The notes beneath the pieces were generated by a model. It searched no databases and had not been told where the DNA came from. It was given only the letters and a program-made list of their open reading frames with translations. Positions 38,480-51,838 of a stretch of 64,000 bases of DNA are shown piece by piece. Source of the stretch: Mobula hypostoma (taxonomy: Eukaryota); assembly GCF_963921235.1 (NCBI RefSeq), contig NC_086097.1, positions 72,294,001 to 72,358,000 on the forward strand, read 5' to 3'. Numbering within the stretch: the first letter of the stretch is position 1; each line of letters starts with the position of its first letter. A program made the position numbers and the translations under genes.

Positions 38480-38644
38480 ACAACAGGAATACTGCAGATG
38501 CTGGAAATTCAAGCAACACGCATCAAAGTCTCTTACTAACTCTTCCTTCAGTTAGTCCTGACGAAGGGTCTCGGCCTGAAACGTCGGCTGTACCTCTTCC
38601 TAGAGATGCTGCCTGGCCTGCTGCGTTCACCAGCAACTTTGATG
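38480..38644. mobile_element. Small two-tailed PLE insertion
   Basis: Minus tail 38480-38529, plus piece 38530-38644; 14-bp TSD atcatacatttcaa (38466-38479, 38645-38658). Confidence 0.9.
38549..38590 (+). ncRNA. Minimal hammerhead ribozyme
   Basis: cagttagtc-CTGACGA-agggtctcggcct-GAAAC-GTC-ggctg. Confidence 0.8.
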
Positions 38645-41322
38645 ATCATACATTTCAATAAAGTTTAATCTGGGGAACCGGATAGTAAGGTACCACCATG
38701 TACTACCAGAGCTACACATCATCTTCAGAATTTCTTTCCTATCACTATCCAGCTTTTCAACAAAATTCACTCAGACGTATTACCTTAATTAACCCTGCAT
38801 AATGTCTATTAACTGGTCTTTCCTGCTCTCCTTGTTCAGTTGATAAGTTTTTGTCTATTTGTATGTTCACAACTATTTAAGTTTGATTATTGACGTTTGC
38901 GCATGTGACCATTCTACTGATTGTTGGTTGCTACTGTAACGTCTGCGATGTTATTGTCCTGTGTTTTATGCTTGGCACTGAACCACAATCAGTTCTGGTG
39001 TGTTTCACATACTGGCAATAAAGTGATTCTGACTCTGATTGTTTTTCTCAATTAACAGCAAAGAGGAACATTTCTGACAGCAGCGTTTCAGTGTTCCCCT
39101 TTTGTATCTGAGTTTTCTTATGTCTCAAGTGCATAAATTCCATCAATAGAATATGTGATCAGCTGATGTTTACTTAACTAAAATTATCCTCATTAATACT
39201 TTCTGACAGCATTGCCTTCATACTGAATTCTAACCTTCTCCACTGCCGTATACTGTGTTTTACTTTAACATGAGTTTTATTATTATGTGCAAGTATGGTC
39301 CTGCTAAAATTGCTTTTGAGTTTGGGGATTACATTTGATAGTTAAAGTGAGTAATCTATTGTGTAAATTCTATGAATTAACTGTACATGAAGCAATGTCA
39401 TATTGTTATTTGAACGATGGTTGCATCACACTTACATTCATCAATTACAGAATAGTTTCCACTAAATATTTTAACTAGAACAATACTGTTGGTATCAGAT
39501 CTCCTAGTTAACTCCCCTAATTTACATTGTAATGCTATCTTGCTGTTGTGTGCTGACAAATAGAAGACTAAAAATGGGATTGATTTTGCTCGTTACGTAA
39601 TTTTTTGTTCAAAAATCTCTAAATCCAAATTAAAAAGCATGATTTGAACTGAAAAAATAAATTTAAAAATATTATCTGATAATTATATGTATAGATGAGT
39701 TACATTTTATAATTATATTATGTTTCAGGGCATAATGGTGAAATCATGCACATATTTAACTGAAAGGCTAACTCTACAATTTAGGTTACAGAGAAAATAT
39801 TTTTAAAGATCTTGAATTATTGAATTGAACTGCAGCAGGAAGATGAAAGAAGTTCTGAGCTCATACACCAACTGCCAGAGATTGATGTCAATTGTTCTGA
39901 AAGCTTTCACAATTGCAAATTGCCTTCGTTGGTATAAGAATGTAAAGATGAAGCAAATTTCGTGTTGTTGCCCAGCAGCAGAATGAGTGTACTTCAAAGC
40001 CTTGTACATTTGAAAGAAAAGAGAAAAATTTTAATCGAGGTAATGGTGGAAAAAATATGTTATAAATAAGTCTAGTAGAAGAACAGAGTTGTTGGAAATG
40101 TTAAAAATACATTTTCGTATAAAATTCAAGGGAGTATTAAATGAGGATATATAGATAATTTAAAGAAGAATGGCTAACATTTTCTCTGTTCTGGGAATCT
40201 CTTGCTGAAACTAGGGAAAGAGATTACAAATCTCAGTGCTTAGGTATGTGGATCATGTGGCCCACCCACCAGATCTGGTTGAGCATAACTACTGCCCAGC
40301 ATATCGGACTGGGAGAGCAAGCAGTCTTTGGTTCAGCAAGACTGAAAATGGATTAGGTGCATTTTATGCATAGGAATTGATAGTTGTACAGCATTTCTCT
40401 GGATCTTTGAGATGCCTGCTGTACTTCATCGACTTTCTGATTGTACACACTAAGGTGAGAACCTCTCAAGTCTGAGCATTAGTGTGACGTCTTCATCTTG
40501 AAATGTTCTTTTTCACAGTTGACTAATGAACAGAAAATGTGAATTACTTTCCATATTCAAGAGCCACTGTTCAGAGAAGGCAGGCATTGATGATGAAAGT
40601 CACCACCATCTTCTGCGTTTCAGCACAGCCTTTAGCCATCTCTTGGGAAGAACATTTGAACATTATTTCTAACACAATTACTGCATCTCTCAAAATGAAG
40701 ACAAAATGTAACACACAGCACTTCTTAAAGAGGCATCATCTTTCTTTAAAGATACCCACTTAAAACTTCTCCCACTTTTGTCTAGTAGTGATCAAAAAAT
40801 TACCTTTTCTCTCTTTGTTTTTCCATAATTAAAGAAGTTTAAAAAATTATTTTTTTATTTCCTGTTATTTTCTCTCTCATAACATGTCTTTCTGTTTTTT
40901 TTTTGTTTCTGTCATTGCTGCTTTCTTAAACTCTCCCAGTCCTCAGGCTCAGTATTATCAGCAGTAACACAATAAACTTCTTTAATCTCATACTTTACAT
41001 AACTTACTTAAGATATGGATGAGTTACACCTCATGGAGTTTTTATTTCTCAATATATTCTGAAAATGCTAAAATATTTCATTAAATGTTTTGCATCTTTC
41101 TTAGCTTTGCCAATTTGCTTGTTGTACCTTTGAAGTAGGTTTAATATAAAATCTCGTAAGAAGGTCATAGAAAAGATTTTTAGATCTTCATTTATAGAGA
41201 TACTGAATTGTCTTTGGCTCCTGCAAGAAAGTTTGCATTCATTGATTTTTCGAGCTAAGATTCAGAACATTTGACTTCATAGCTAATCTAAATCACATTG
41301 CTGCTAAGAGCTTAACCCAATT

Positions 41323-42470
41323 CCAGTGCCGAACAGATGGCTCGTGGTGGAGGAGTTGAGAAGACAGGAGAAGGCAGAGCGAAACGCCAGGGCTGTCTCA
41401 ATGGCCAAGCAGGGCCAATGAACTATTTGGGAGAGCCTGGAAAAGAGGAAACTTAGCTGACGTGACATCTGGGAGATGGAGGGATCTTGGCTCGGTTTTG
41501 TCATCGGAGCCACTTATGACCTCCTACCCACACCCCAGAACCTGAACCAGTGGTGGGGAGAAGACCCCACTTGCTTTCTTTGTCAAGCACCTGCATCACT
41601 AAGACACATTTTAACAGGACGCACCATGAGCCTCACCCAGGGGCGGTACACTTGGCGGCATAACCAAGTTCTCAGACAGCTGGCATCAATCTTGGAACAG
41701 AGGCGAATCACCACAAATGCTCTCTCACAAAAATCAGCAAGAAATGTTCACATCACACGATTTGTACCAGCAGGCCAACATCCAGAGCACCATATAACAT
41801 CAAAAGAGGTAAGCATTCTGCAGGTTGCTCGGGATTGGAAAATGGATGTGGACTTGGAAAAAAAAGCTTGTGTTTCCCCCAGACATTGCGGCTACAACAT
41901 TCCAGCCAGACATGGTCCTGTGGTCTACAACAGCCAAGCTGGCATATGTTGTGGAATTGACAGTACCGTGGGAAGATGGTGTCAAAGAAACTTATGAGAG
42001 GAAAAAGACCAAGTACTCTGAACTGGCAACTGAAGCTGCCTAGAATGGCTGGGAGACCAAGATTTTCCCTGTCGAAGTGGGATGCAGGGGATTCATTGCT
42101 ACATCTACGACCAGTCTATTGAAGAAGATGGGGGTGAGGGGTCACTCCCTCCAACAAGCAATCAAGTCCTTGTTAAATGCAGCAGAAGAAAGCAGCGATT
42201 GGATTTGGATTAGAAGGAAAGACAACAACTGGGCTGCAAGATGAAGACAGGAGGGTATGGAACTGAGGTGGGGGGGGTGGTTTATCTGGGATGCCAGGTA
42301 GCACCGTTGAGCCCTCTGGAGACGTCGTGGGCTTATCAACGAAACGTCAAAGAAGGAGGGTGCCCACCTGATGATCCCAATGATGTACCTACCCTCCCTG
42401 CTTGTCACCACTCCAAGCCCACTGCCAACATCGAGGTTGCCAACTTACCATAGGGATTGAAACATCAAGT
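41323..42470 (+). mobile_element. Hero-like (R2 group, restriction-like endonuclease) LINE 3' fragment
   Basis: YDLLPTPQNL..W, C-FL-C...HIL zinc-knuckle remnant, GRYTWRHNQVL, PDMVLWS...VELTVPWE...YERK..KY, PVEVGCRGF; stop at about 42244. Confidence 0.85.
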
Positions 42471-44309
42471 CCTAGTAGCTCTACTGATCTACCAACAGAA
42501 GTGAGCAACATAGGACAGGCAGATTCTCAATCTTTCCATGTCACCAAGACAAAAACTGTAGATTGTCTGTTGTATAGCAATTTATGGCTCTCTAACAGAC
42601 TGACCAACTCTGTAGAATAAGTCATTAGTGTGTAAGGTAATGTACTGTGTTTTTTTCTATTGGTTAGTTGGTTAATTAGCTGATTAATTGTGATTAACAG
42701 ATTTGAAATTACTGCATGTCCTTGTGTTTGTTCTTTAAAGTGCTACAAAACAATTGCAAAATCAACAGTCCCAAAGAATAAGTCCTAGTAACAGAGGAAA
42801 AGGTCAAAATAAAGATTTGGGGAAAAGAAATACAAGCACTTCAGTGTTTCACTATTTCATGGTAGGTTTGATTCCTGATCTACTGTTTTAGTTTCATGTG
42901 CTTTCTTTCATTTTAAAATATTCCAGGTACAACATTATGTTATTACAAAGTTTGTGACGGCCTAATTCTGCTCCTATGACTGAATGTCTTATGGTCTTAT
43001 TTTCACACTACCTTGTTGTATGCTAACTGCTTCTGCATTTCCCATGTTTACAACAATGACTACATTTCAAAAGTTCTTTATTGGTTCAAAAGTACTTCAT
43101 TGTTCCCAAAATACCTTGTGATATATCAAATAACTCGTATGTCTTTTATTCAGAGAAAATTTTCACCTTCAAAGTTGTGACAGTTGTGTTTACATTCGTT
43201 AAGTTTTGAAGCTAATTCCTCCAGCTAACATTTTATCTCATCAGATTGAGAATTGGAGCCTTTAGCCTTATTAACGAATTTACTTAAACTTCTAAAGTTT
43301 GGTTATACTGCATTGTTGAATATTTCAAGTTTGAGAAAGCTCTTGCTTCAAGCCTTAGTACACCAGAGAAAATTATCTTTGGCAAAACAGCGCTATTTGA
43401 GGTAAGAGGATAATTTTGCTGCAACGACCTCTTCAGCTAGTTGACACTTGCAGTAAAACTGCTCACAGTGAATCCTGGAGGAGATGATTTACTACAATTT
43501 GGAATGAGAAGCGACAGCATAATCTTGTTATACCCTGCAGTGATACTGTGGAAATGATAAAAGATCAGCAATGGATCTTCTTCTGCCTGCCGATATCCCT
43601 TCTAGTTATGGTTTTCCCAATTCGCCAGCATTCCATCTGAAATGTTGACAACCTAACCCTCTTTCTTTGTGATCACCATATGACAAGGAAAGGAATTATG
43701 CTATTTAGTTCAACAAGTACATGTACATGCTAACATTAATTTATCTGAAATAAATAAATTAATTAAATATGGAACACATATAAAAGCTTAATACTGGAGC
43801 AAACAGAAAATAATTTTATATTTATTTTGTTGCTTTGTTATGGTATTGCAACTGATCATGCTTGATTTGGTTACAGAATGTTATTCCTTGAGCTGAGACA
43901 ATCATTCAGAATATAAGTTTGAACATGATTAATGTATGCAAAGCATGGCTGCCCTAAATAGGTTGATCAAATGATTTCAAAATTACATATGACACAAACG
44001 TTTCCAATAGGAAAAATATGGAAAGTTTACAGGAAGAAATTTGATAGGAAACTGCTTTAAAAATCAATGCCATCCCAACATGAATAGTCAAAGAAGAGTC
44101 AGCAGCACTAGATTTTCAGACACATCTCTGAAGATCTTGCTGATGGAACCTCAGGGCTACCTAAGGTAAATGGTTGCATGTTGATAATATGAGGGAAGAT
44201 ATTCAGTAATTTACTAAGGGCCCCAAGTGTATGTCATTGTGCTCCTCCACCACTCATTACTTCAATCTGCTCTTCACCTTATTCTGTACACTTCCCCCGG
44301 GGGTCAGAC

Positions 44310-44730
44310 ATGTTCAAGATTATTTAATGTCATTTCCTGTACACAAGTGTAAATGAAAATGAAATAATTGTTACTGTGGTTTGGATGCTGCACAAAAAAC
44401 ACACAGTAAGATATAGAACACAATAATAATAATACTAAAATCGCAATAAATATAAATACCTAAGATAAGTTGTATACAGAGATTGGTTGATCGTATGTCC
44501 ATAAAGTGATGCTAGGCAGAGGAACGTCTGTACATAAGGTGACTGACAGGAAATCATGAAATAGTGGTGGCTGGGGGAAGTGGAGGGGTGGGTTAGTGGG
44601 TAGAGGTGTTGAACAGCTTACTGTGTGGAAAGTAACTGTTCTTGAACCTGCATAGCTTCCTCCCTGATGGGAGTGGGACAAACAGTTGATAAGCAAAGTG
44701 GTTTGGATCCTTCATGATGTTACTGGCCTT
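44310..44730 (-). mobile_element. Rex1-type LINE/SINE 3' end
   Basis: Reverse tail ...gtgtacaggaaatgacattaaataatcttgaa, also seen on the plus strand at about 36860-36935. Confidence 0.55.
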
Positions 44731-47700
44731 TTACATTGTACAAAAAGAGCGATCTCCACAGTGAAGCACTCTCTCTATACAACCACTCTGCCAACTTGCA
44801 ATGTCAGTCAGAAGTCTTATTGATGATCTTCTTGTCCACTTAGTTAAAGGGATAAAAATCTGAAAATTAGATCCTCATTGCCTCCATGCTCTCATGAACA
44901 CATGCATCATTTTCTCCTTCGAACTAGAATACTGACTGTAACTGGCATCATAGAAATGCAAGTAGGAAGGGAGCAGAAGATATTATACCTCATAGGTACA
45001 CCAACAGACCATAAGGTTACTAGAGAGGTGACAGCTGAAGACTGGTAAGTTAAAGATAGTCTCACTTTAGTAGCTTCAAAAAAATTGCTGCAAGACTACA
45101 AGAGTGAGTTTTCGAAGGGAAAATTTTCTAATGGCTACGGGTCAGTCAGCAGGTCCCCTATAGGGAGAGAATGGTTATGGCAATAATCAACTGGGCATTT
45201 CTGCTAGGAAATTAACTGCCAGGTCCATACCTTCAGCAGTAGTCTTACCATCCGGTTCCCGATACCTAACATGCAAAAGGGCTCAATGCAGGTAATTGCA
45301 TATAAGAGCAATGTACAAATGAGTCAGAGAGTGGTCAACAGAAAGGATAATAAATATAGGTGAGAATGAGGTCCTAAAATGGTAGCTTGGAGAAATAAGT
45401 TCTTAGTAATGGAGACCGATGGCCAGTTTTCAGGGATCCGATTTTCAGAACATTGATGCTAAGGCAGCACTAGTCTCACATTAAGGAAATGAAAATACTT
45501 GCTGCATGTATGGCTGACATAAATAAATAGCAGTTCTGTTCCTTGGGTATCTATAGTTAGGATACGGGGACCCTCCTTCAACATGTGGCAGCTAGCACTG
45601 ATAACAGTGACAGTTATCAAATGCCAGCATCAGCTCGTTACAAATTGCTGGCTTTTGGAAGGCAAGGCCACATTACTGCCATTGATGAAACTTTCTCAGA
45701 GTTTACAAAATGCAGTTAGAATTATTCAGTGTGTACTATCTCCAGCTGGTAACTCCACTGTGAAGATTACTTGCTTTCAATTCTGCAATACCGGCTGCCA
45801 CTACGGCCTACCTTGCTGATATAGTCCTCGAGCACCTCGCAGATTACTTTAAATCCCTCCTGACCAGCCAAATATTCTCCATCCTCAAAAAGTGCTACTC
45901 CTCCAAAATTCATCTTCTACTTCACGTCAAATCTGTGTCACCTGGAATAGTTCAGGTCACCCAACAATTGTGCCTCCACCTCTAGTTACCCACCTTTCAC
46001 CTCCTCATGGCTCACCTTATCATCTTCAATCGATTTCTCCTTCTGGTTTTGTTCATCCCCTCATTTTGCCTCGTTATTGGTGGAGGTGTGATCTGCCATC
46101 TGGGTGACAATTGTAGAAATCCCTTCCTCAAGCCCTCCACAATTCCCTTTACTCAACTTCTTAAAGCCCATCTCTCCTTAAAATCCAATCTCTTCAGCGC
46201 TGCTTTGATCTCTTTTCCTAGACCACAATTTTTCAGCTGTGCCTCTGAGAATATCTTTGGGCCATTTACCTTCTATGTTAAAATACTATTTAAATGCAAA
46301 TTGTTGTTGTGGGAGAGAGTGAGAGTGAGCAAAAACAGTGACATCTAAAATTTGTATTTCACTGGCGGTCTTGCAAACATGAATCCTTTAATCACATAAA
46401 TGATTAGAAACAATGGCATTGAGAAAGTGGAAGTAATATATTAAAATATAAAAGTGAGAGATGTTTTGAAGAGCACATAAAATTAACTCTTCCATGCACA
46501 AAATGTTTCTGTTTTTATTCATCGGACTGATAGTTGACAAATGCTTCTTTAAAGTATGTGATTACTCAACATCTTTTATCTTGCAGTTCTGCTACACAAA
46601 GATGAAGCTTAATCTCTTGTTTGCTCAGTATGTACTTTTCTGATGACTGTTCTTTGCAAAGATAGTTAGCTCAAATGACACTTTTTTAGATAATTCTGAA
46701 ACAAAATCTATGGAGACAAATTCAAAACTTGCTTTCTTACAGAATAAAAATAATTTAAATAACTTAAAACTTCATTCTATTTCCATTGGTATATGATGAA
46801 AATATCAGCGCCCTTACACATCATTTGCCTCCCTATCACTGTCCACAGTGTATAGTATGATAATGACAAGTTGTCGACAGTCAACACTCCATTCCTTGCT
46901 TAAAGCTATTCTTGATGAGGTCTTTATGAATGTCTCAAGAAGTTGCTGTGTGTCATTACATTTTCAGGCACTGGTGTGTTGATAGGCTTGGACGGCATAA
47001 TAAGTGTCAGTAAAGTTCCATTCACTGGAAATCTCTGGAAAGGTAGTTGAGCTATGCCATGATTTTTTCTGAAGCCTTGATGGGATTTATGAAATTGACC
47101 CTTGATTTTTCAATCATTTCACTTGAGCTCGCAGAAGGGAATGCACAAAACTGGTAGCACCAGTCAGCAGAATGACCATTTGAAGGAGAGCAGGCTTTCT
47201 TGATCTTTAATATTTACCTACCAACCAAGCCTTCAATGTACTAAGTATAACCACACACTGAACTCCCCGGCCGACACAGTTGCAAACAGTGAAGAATTAT
47301 CTTGGGCACATAGGCTTAATCGAATTCTGTTTGAGAGATGGGAAGATAATCACATAATTTAATGGAACTGTGGAGTTTAGCAGACATGAGATCTCAATGA
47401 TCCAGATAAGTTTCTTCAATGAATGGAGGCTGAAATTATATATCATGCACTGTGACCAGAATTACAAAGATGATATATTTAGTTAAAAAATGAATGAAGG
47501 TGATACTTTTAAGTAGTAGAGCATGGTAATGGAAGATGGAGAAAGTGAGAGAGACTAATGGAGAAGGAGATAAAGGGAAGACCCAGAGAGGGAGTTACTG
47601 AAAAGTACATATAAGAAACAGAAAATAACGAAGATTATTAAGTAGTTACTGGTGAGGGAAAGGAGAATGGAAATGGGAAAACAAGACCTGAGGTGAAGGC

Positions 47701-49316
47701 AAGCTGAAGGAGAAAATGTATCAGAAAGTGACTGATCAGAAGTGGAGGAACAGAAAAAAAATCTAGAAGTGGGTTCCTTGGGCCAGAAGAGCTTGATACC
47801 ATGCTGTATCACAAAAAAAATCAGTACTCTCTTTCCTTGTATTCCAGCAACATTTCTTTTGCAATCAATTCACTCTCTACCTAGCTGGTTAATGAGAATT
47901 GTTCAAAATATTCTTCCCTGGGGTTTCATTGAGAAACTTGCCGAGATAAAAAAAAATTCTGTTTGATGCAATGTGTGATGCACATCCAAGATCTTTAATT
48001 TACTCGAGTATTCCAGACACCCACCATTCTGTATATTAAAAACAACAACTGGCTGCATATATCCCTTTGAACTTGTCCCCTGTCACCTTAAATGAGTACC
48101 TTCTGGTATTAAACATTTCAACCCTGAGGAAAAGATATCAGCTGACCAAATCTTTCTATCTATTGGGACAATTGGGAACCTATGACAGGCAGTTTATACA
48201 ATTTATGAAACAATCAATTAGTAAATAGGCCGATAGTCCTGGGACAGTCTGAGCAATCTTCATTATTTTACTTATTAATGCATATTAGGATAAATTCCCA
48301 TTTGAGATGAATATAAGCAAAGAACTCTACCAGTGATTGAGATGCAACTATGGAATTTTGTATGGGAAATGCTGGTTGCATATATTGCCAATGAGCCAGT
48401 TATTGCATGGAACAGTTTCATTGTGCATGAAGCTCTCCTAATATTTCTGAGAAATTGTATTGCACTATTGCTTGGATATTACATTGTTATGACATTACAT
48501 TCTTTTGGTAATTCAGCATGTAGTGCTATGCCCATTCCGATCGCTTTCAAAAATTCATGAAATTGAGTAAAAAATTCCTTTAAGTAAGCAGCACTATGGT
48601 AATTTACTCACAGAATCCTGCACTAAATTGGCACAGCATTGGTACCATCAACAGCTGCCCGAAAAAAAAATCACGGCTGCCACTTCATTGCCATGCTGTC
48701 TACTGGGAAGAATGTCACTTTTTTAGATTCTCCTGTCATGGAACAGCTCCGTAAGAGGCTGCCATGTCTGTGTGGGAAAATGTGGGGAAAGGAGGCATAA
48801 TTCCCTACTGGGTGTCTGGGCATCCTCCACATGATGGCCTACCCTGACTGAGATCCATGACACCAACTGTGTAATATACAAAATGATTAAGGGAGCGAAA
48901 CTGTAACATGTAAATATGTACATAATGGTTACACACTGTCGTCGAATAACTAATAGTGAGCTTTCCATAATCCGCCTGATCAACGAAAACTGAGACTAGC
49001 AGTAAACAACACTTTGATGTTAAACTGTGAATAATTTGATCGGTGTCTCAATGGAAACTTTAATGTGATAAATTCCCAGTTTTTATTGTCCTTGATTATT
49101 GTGAGTTACTCCAAAATCTGATTTTTTCGAGTAATGTCAATTTAACTTATTAACATAATAGAGCTCTCAACTTAAACACATTCTGAGGTGGAGGTACGTT
49201 GAAGTAGGATTTCAAAGAACTTGGGGGTTACTTGCAAATTTAACAATGATTTTCCTCTCGGCTAGGGTAGTTCTGCAGACAGAATGGTGGCATAATTTTG
49301 TTGTAGAATACACCTT

Positions 49317-49415
49317 CTGGTGCTACTTGGATACATCTTCAGTGATGAACCCGGGGTCATAGGGCATTTCGGGTCTTTAATCATCAGACAATCTCGACCG
49401 GGCGACCACAGTAAG
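49317..49415 (-). mobile_element. Probable Hero-like LINE 3'UTR remnant
   Basis: Reverse complement gtctgatgattaaagacccgaaatgccctatgaccccgggttcatcactgaagatgtatcc resembles Hero 3'UTRs as I recall them; not verified. Confidence 0.45.
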
Positions 49416-49486
49416 ACAGTTACAAAGCCAGCTGTAAAATCAAGGCTCATTTCCCACAGCTATCTGTAAATAATTTCGGCATGGTG

Positions 49487-49670
49487 CTCAGGTTTCCTCT
49501 CACATTCCAAAGATGTACAAGTTAGGGCTAGTCATTTGTGGGGGTGCTATATTGGCACTGGAAGCATGGTGACACTCGCAGGCTGCACCCAACATATCCT
49601 CGACACAAACGGCCCATTTCACTATATGTCTTGATGTACATGTGACAGATAAAGCTAATCTTTCATCTAA
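49487..49670 (+). mobile_element. V-SINE-like fragment
   Basis: ctcaggtttcctctcacattccaaagatgtac resembles the V-SINE central domain; tail is similar to 52660-52760. Confidence 0.55.
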
Positions 49671-50129
49671 AATAATCTTTAGGTTTTAAAATGTGCCATT
49701 TTAACAAGGGATCATCTGTTTAGATTTTCTGTTTGCTTGAGATGGTATGAGGGCATTCAAAAGATTTGACCATATTCTGAATGAAAAGATTGCACTCCGT
49801 CTTTGATTGCCATCAGTGTTTTGGCAATGTTTTATTTTGTGCCAGGTTTACTGAAATGGTTTATGATCCTGACCTCTGTACTTCTTCATAAAAAAAACTA
49901 GCACACAATCATATACAAGTCACTTCTTAACACCATTGAGTAGGTTCTGGTTCATCTAGACTAGGTGTGTGAAAGTTCGTCTTTTCTGAGGTGCTCAGTC
50001 AGCATTTATTGACTAATATAAACAAATAAAAATGGTTGGAAATTAATTGACAATTCCCACTTTTCATGACTATATATGATATTGCAAAAGAAGTTTCCAT
50101 GTGCACTCAAGAATTGACTAAAACTGCAT

Positions 50130-50750
50130 GAGAAGTTGTACAATTGGAATGGTTTGCTCCTGAACTGCATGGGGACCAATATCCTTTGGGGAAGGTTTGC
50201 TAGTGTTTCTCTGAATGGTTTAAACTAGAATTGCAGGGTGACAGGAACCAGAGTGTTAGGACAGATAGTGGTGTGGATGCATGGAAGAATTACGTTTAGT
50301 CTACATACAAACACAGCTACACCCTAATAGTCCATGGGGTTCAGAGGAACAGATTTGTAGAGTGATTGCAGATAGTTTCAAGAAATATAAAGTTGTGATG
50401 GTAGATTATTTTAATTTTCCATAGATTGTCTGGGACTCGTACAATGTAAAAGTTCTGAATGGGATAGAGATTGTCAAATGTGTTCCTGAAAGTTTCCTTA
50501 ATCAGTATGTAGAACTTCGGAGAGTGTAACGTGTAATACCAGATCTCCTCTTGGGGAATGAAATAGGTTAGGTGATAGAAGTTTATGTAGGGGACACTTT
50601 GCATCTAGTGATCACATTACCATTAGTTTTAAGGTAATTATGGAAAAGTATGGATCTGGTCCTCAGGTTAAGACCCTAAATTAGAGAAAGACCAATTTTG
50701 ATGGCTTTGAAAAGGATCAAGCAGATATGAATTGGGATAGGTTGTGTTCC
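50130..50750 (+). mobile_element. CR1 ORF1 end / APE endonuclease remnants
   Basis: ttgctcctgaactgcatggggaccaatatcc, MVDYFNF-like and SSDHITISF motifs. Confidence 0.6.
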
Positions 50751-51838
50751 GTTCCCAAGTCGCAGACTGCATCAGGTTTTTCTCCAGGAATTCCCCATAC
50801 TTTGTTGCATTCATTTAACCCTCCTCCTTCACAAGCTTTCCAGGGCCTGATGCAGTGAAGTATCCCCACATAATGCAGCCACCACCATGCTTCACAGTAG
50901 AGCCGGTGTGTCTTTGATGATGTGTGGTGTCTGGCTTACGCCACACATAGCGTTTAGTCTGATGGCCAAAAAGCTCGATTTTGGTTCCATTAGACCATAG
51001 AACCTTCTTCTAACTGACTTCAGAGTCTCCCACGTGCCTTCCGGCAAACTCTAGCTGAGACTTCATGTGAGTTTATTTCAACAACGGCTTTCTCTTTGCC
51101 ACCCTCCCATACAGCTGCCACTGGTGAAGCACCCAGGCTACAGTTGTTGTACACACAGTCTCTCCCACCCTAGCCACCGAAGCTTGTAACTCCTCCAGAG
51201 TTGTCCTAGGTCTCTTGGTGGCCTCCCTCACTAGTCTCCTTTTTGCATGGTCACTCAGTTTTTGAGGATGGCCTGCTCTAGACAGATTTACAGCTGTGTC
51301 ATATTCCTTCCATTTTTTGATGATTGACTGAACTGTACTGCAAGCAATATTCAGAGACTTGGAAATGTTCTTGTATCCATCTCCTGACTTGTACTTTTCA
51401 ATAACCTTTTTGCAGAGTTGCTTGAAGTGTTCTTTTGTCTTCATGGTGTAGTTTTTGCCAGGATACTGACTCACCAGCAGCTATACCTTCCAAATGCAGG
51501 TGTTATTTTATCACAATCAATTGAAACACCTTGACTGCACACAGATCTCCAAAAACTGATCTCCATTTAACTAATTATGTGACTTCCTAAAACCAATTGG
51601 CTGCACAAGTGATGATTTGGTGTGTCATATTAAAGGGAAGGTGAATACTTACCCAATCAATTATTTTGTGTTTTATATCTGTAATTAATTTAGATCACTT
51701 TGTAGAGATCATTTTTCACTTTGACATGAAAGAGTCTTTTTCTGTTGTCAAATTAAATCCGCTGTGATTCAATGTTGTAAAATGAAAAAACATGAAAACT
51801 TCCAGTGGGGAGGTTAAATAATTTTTATAGGCACTATA
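50750..51838 (-). mobile_element. Tc1 DNA transposon, 3'-truncated
   Basis: MKTKEH...KSGDGYKNISKSLNI..STVQSIIKKWK...RVAKRKPLL, then VLWSNGTKIELFG and VKHGGG; terminal tttttataggcact-ata TIR-like end with TA. Confidence 0.9.

Noticed and set aside
39803..40009. Possible exon after a polypyrimidine tract on the minus strand
   Set aside because: Peptide not recognisable; no clear donor site or partner exon
49360..49390. Canonical hammerhead on the minus strand (CTGATGA...GAAA)
   Set aside because: The intervening ttaaagaccc cannot form stem II, and no NUH site with closing stems is evident
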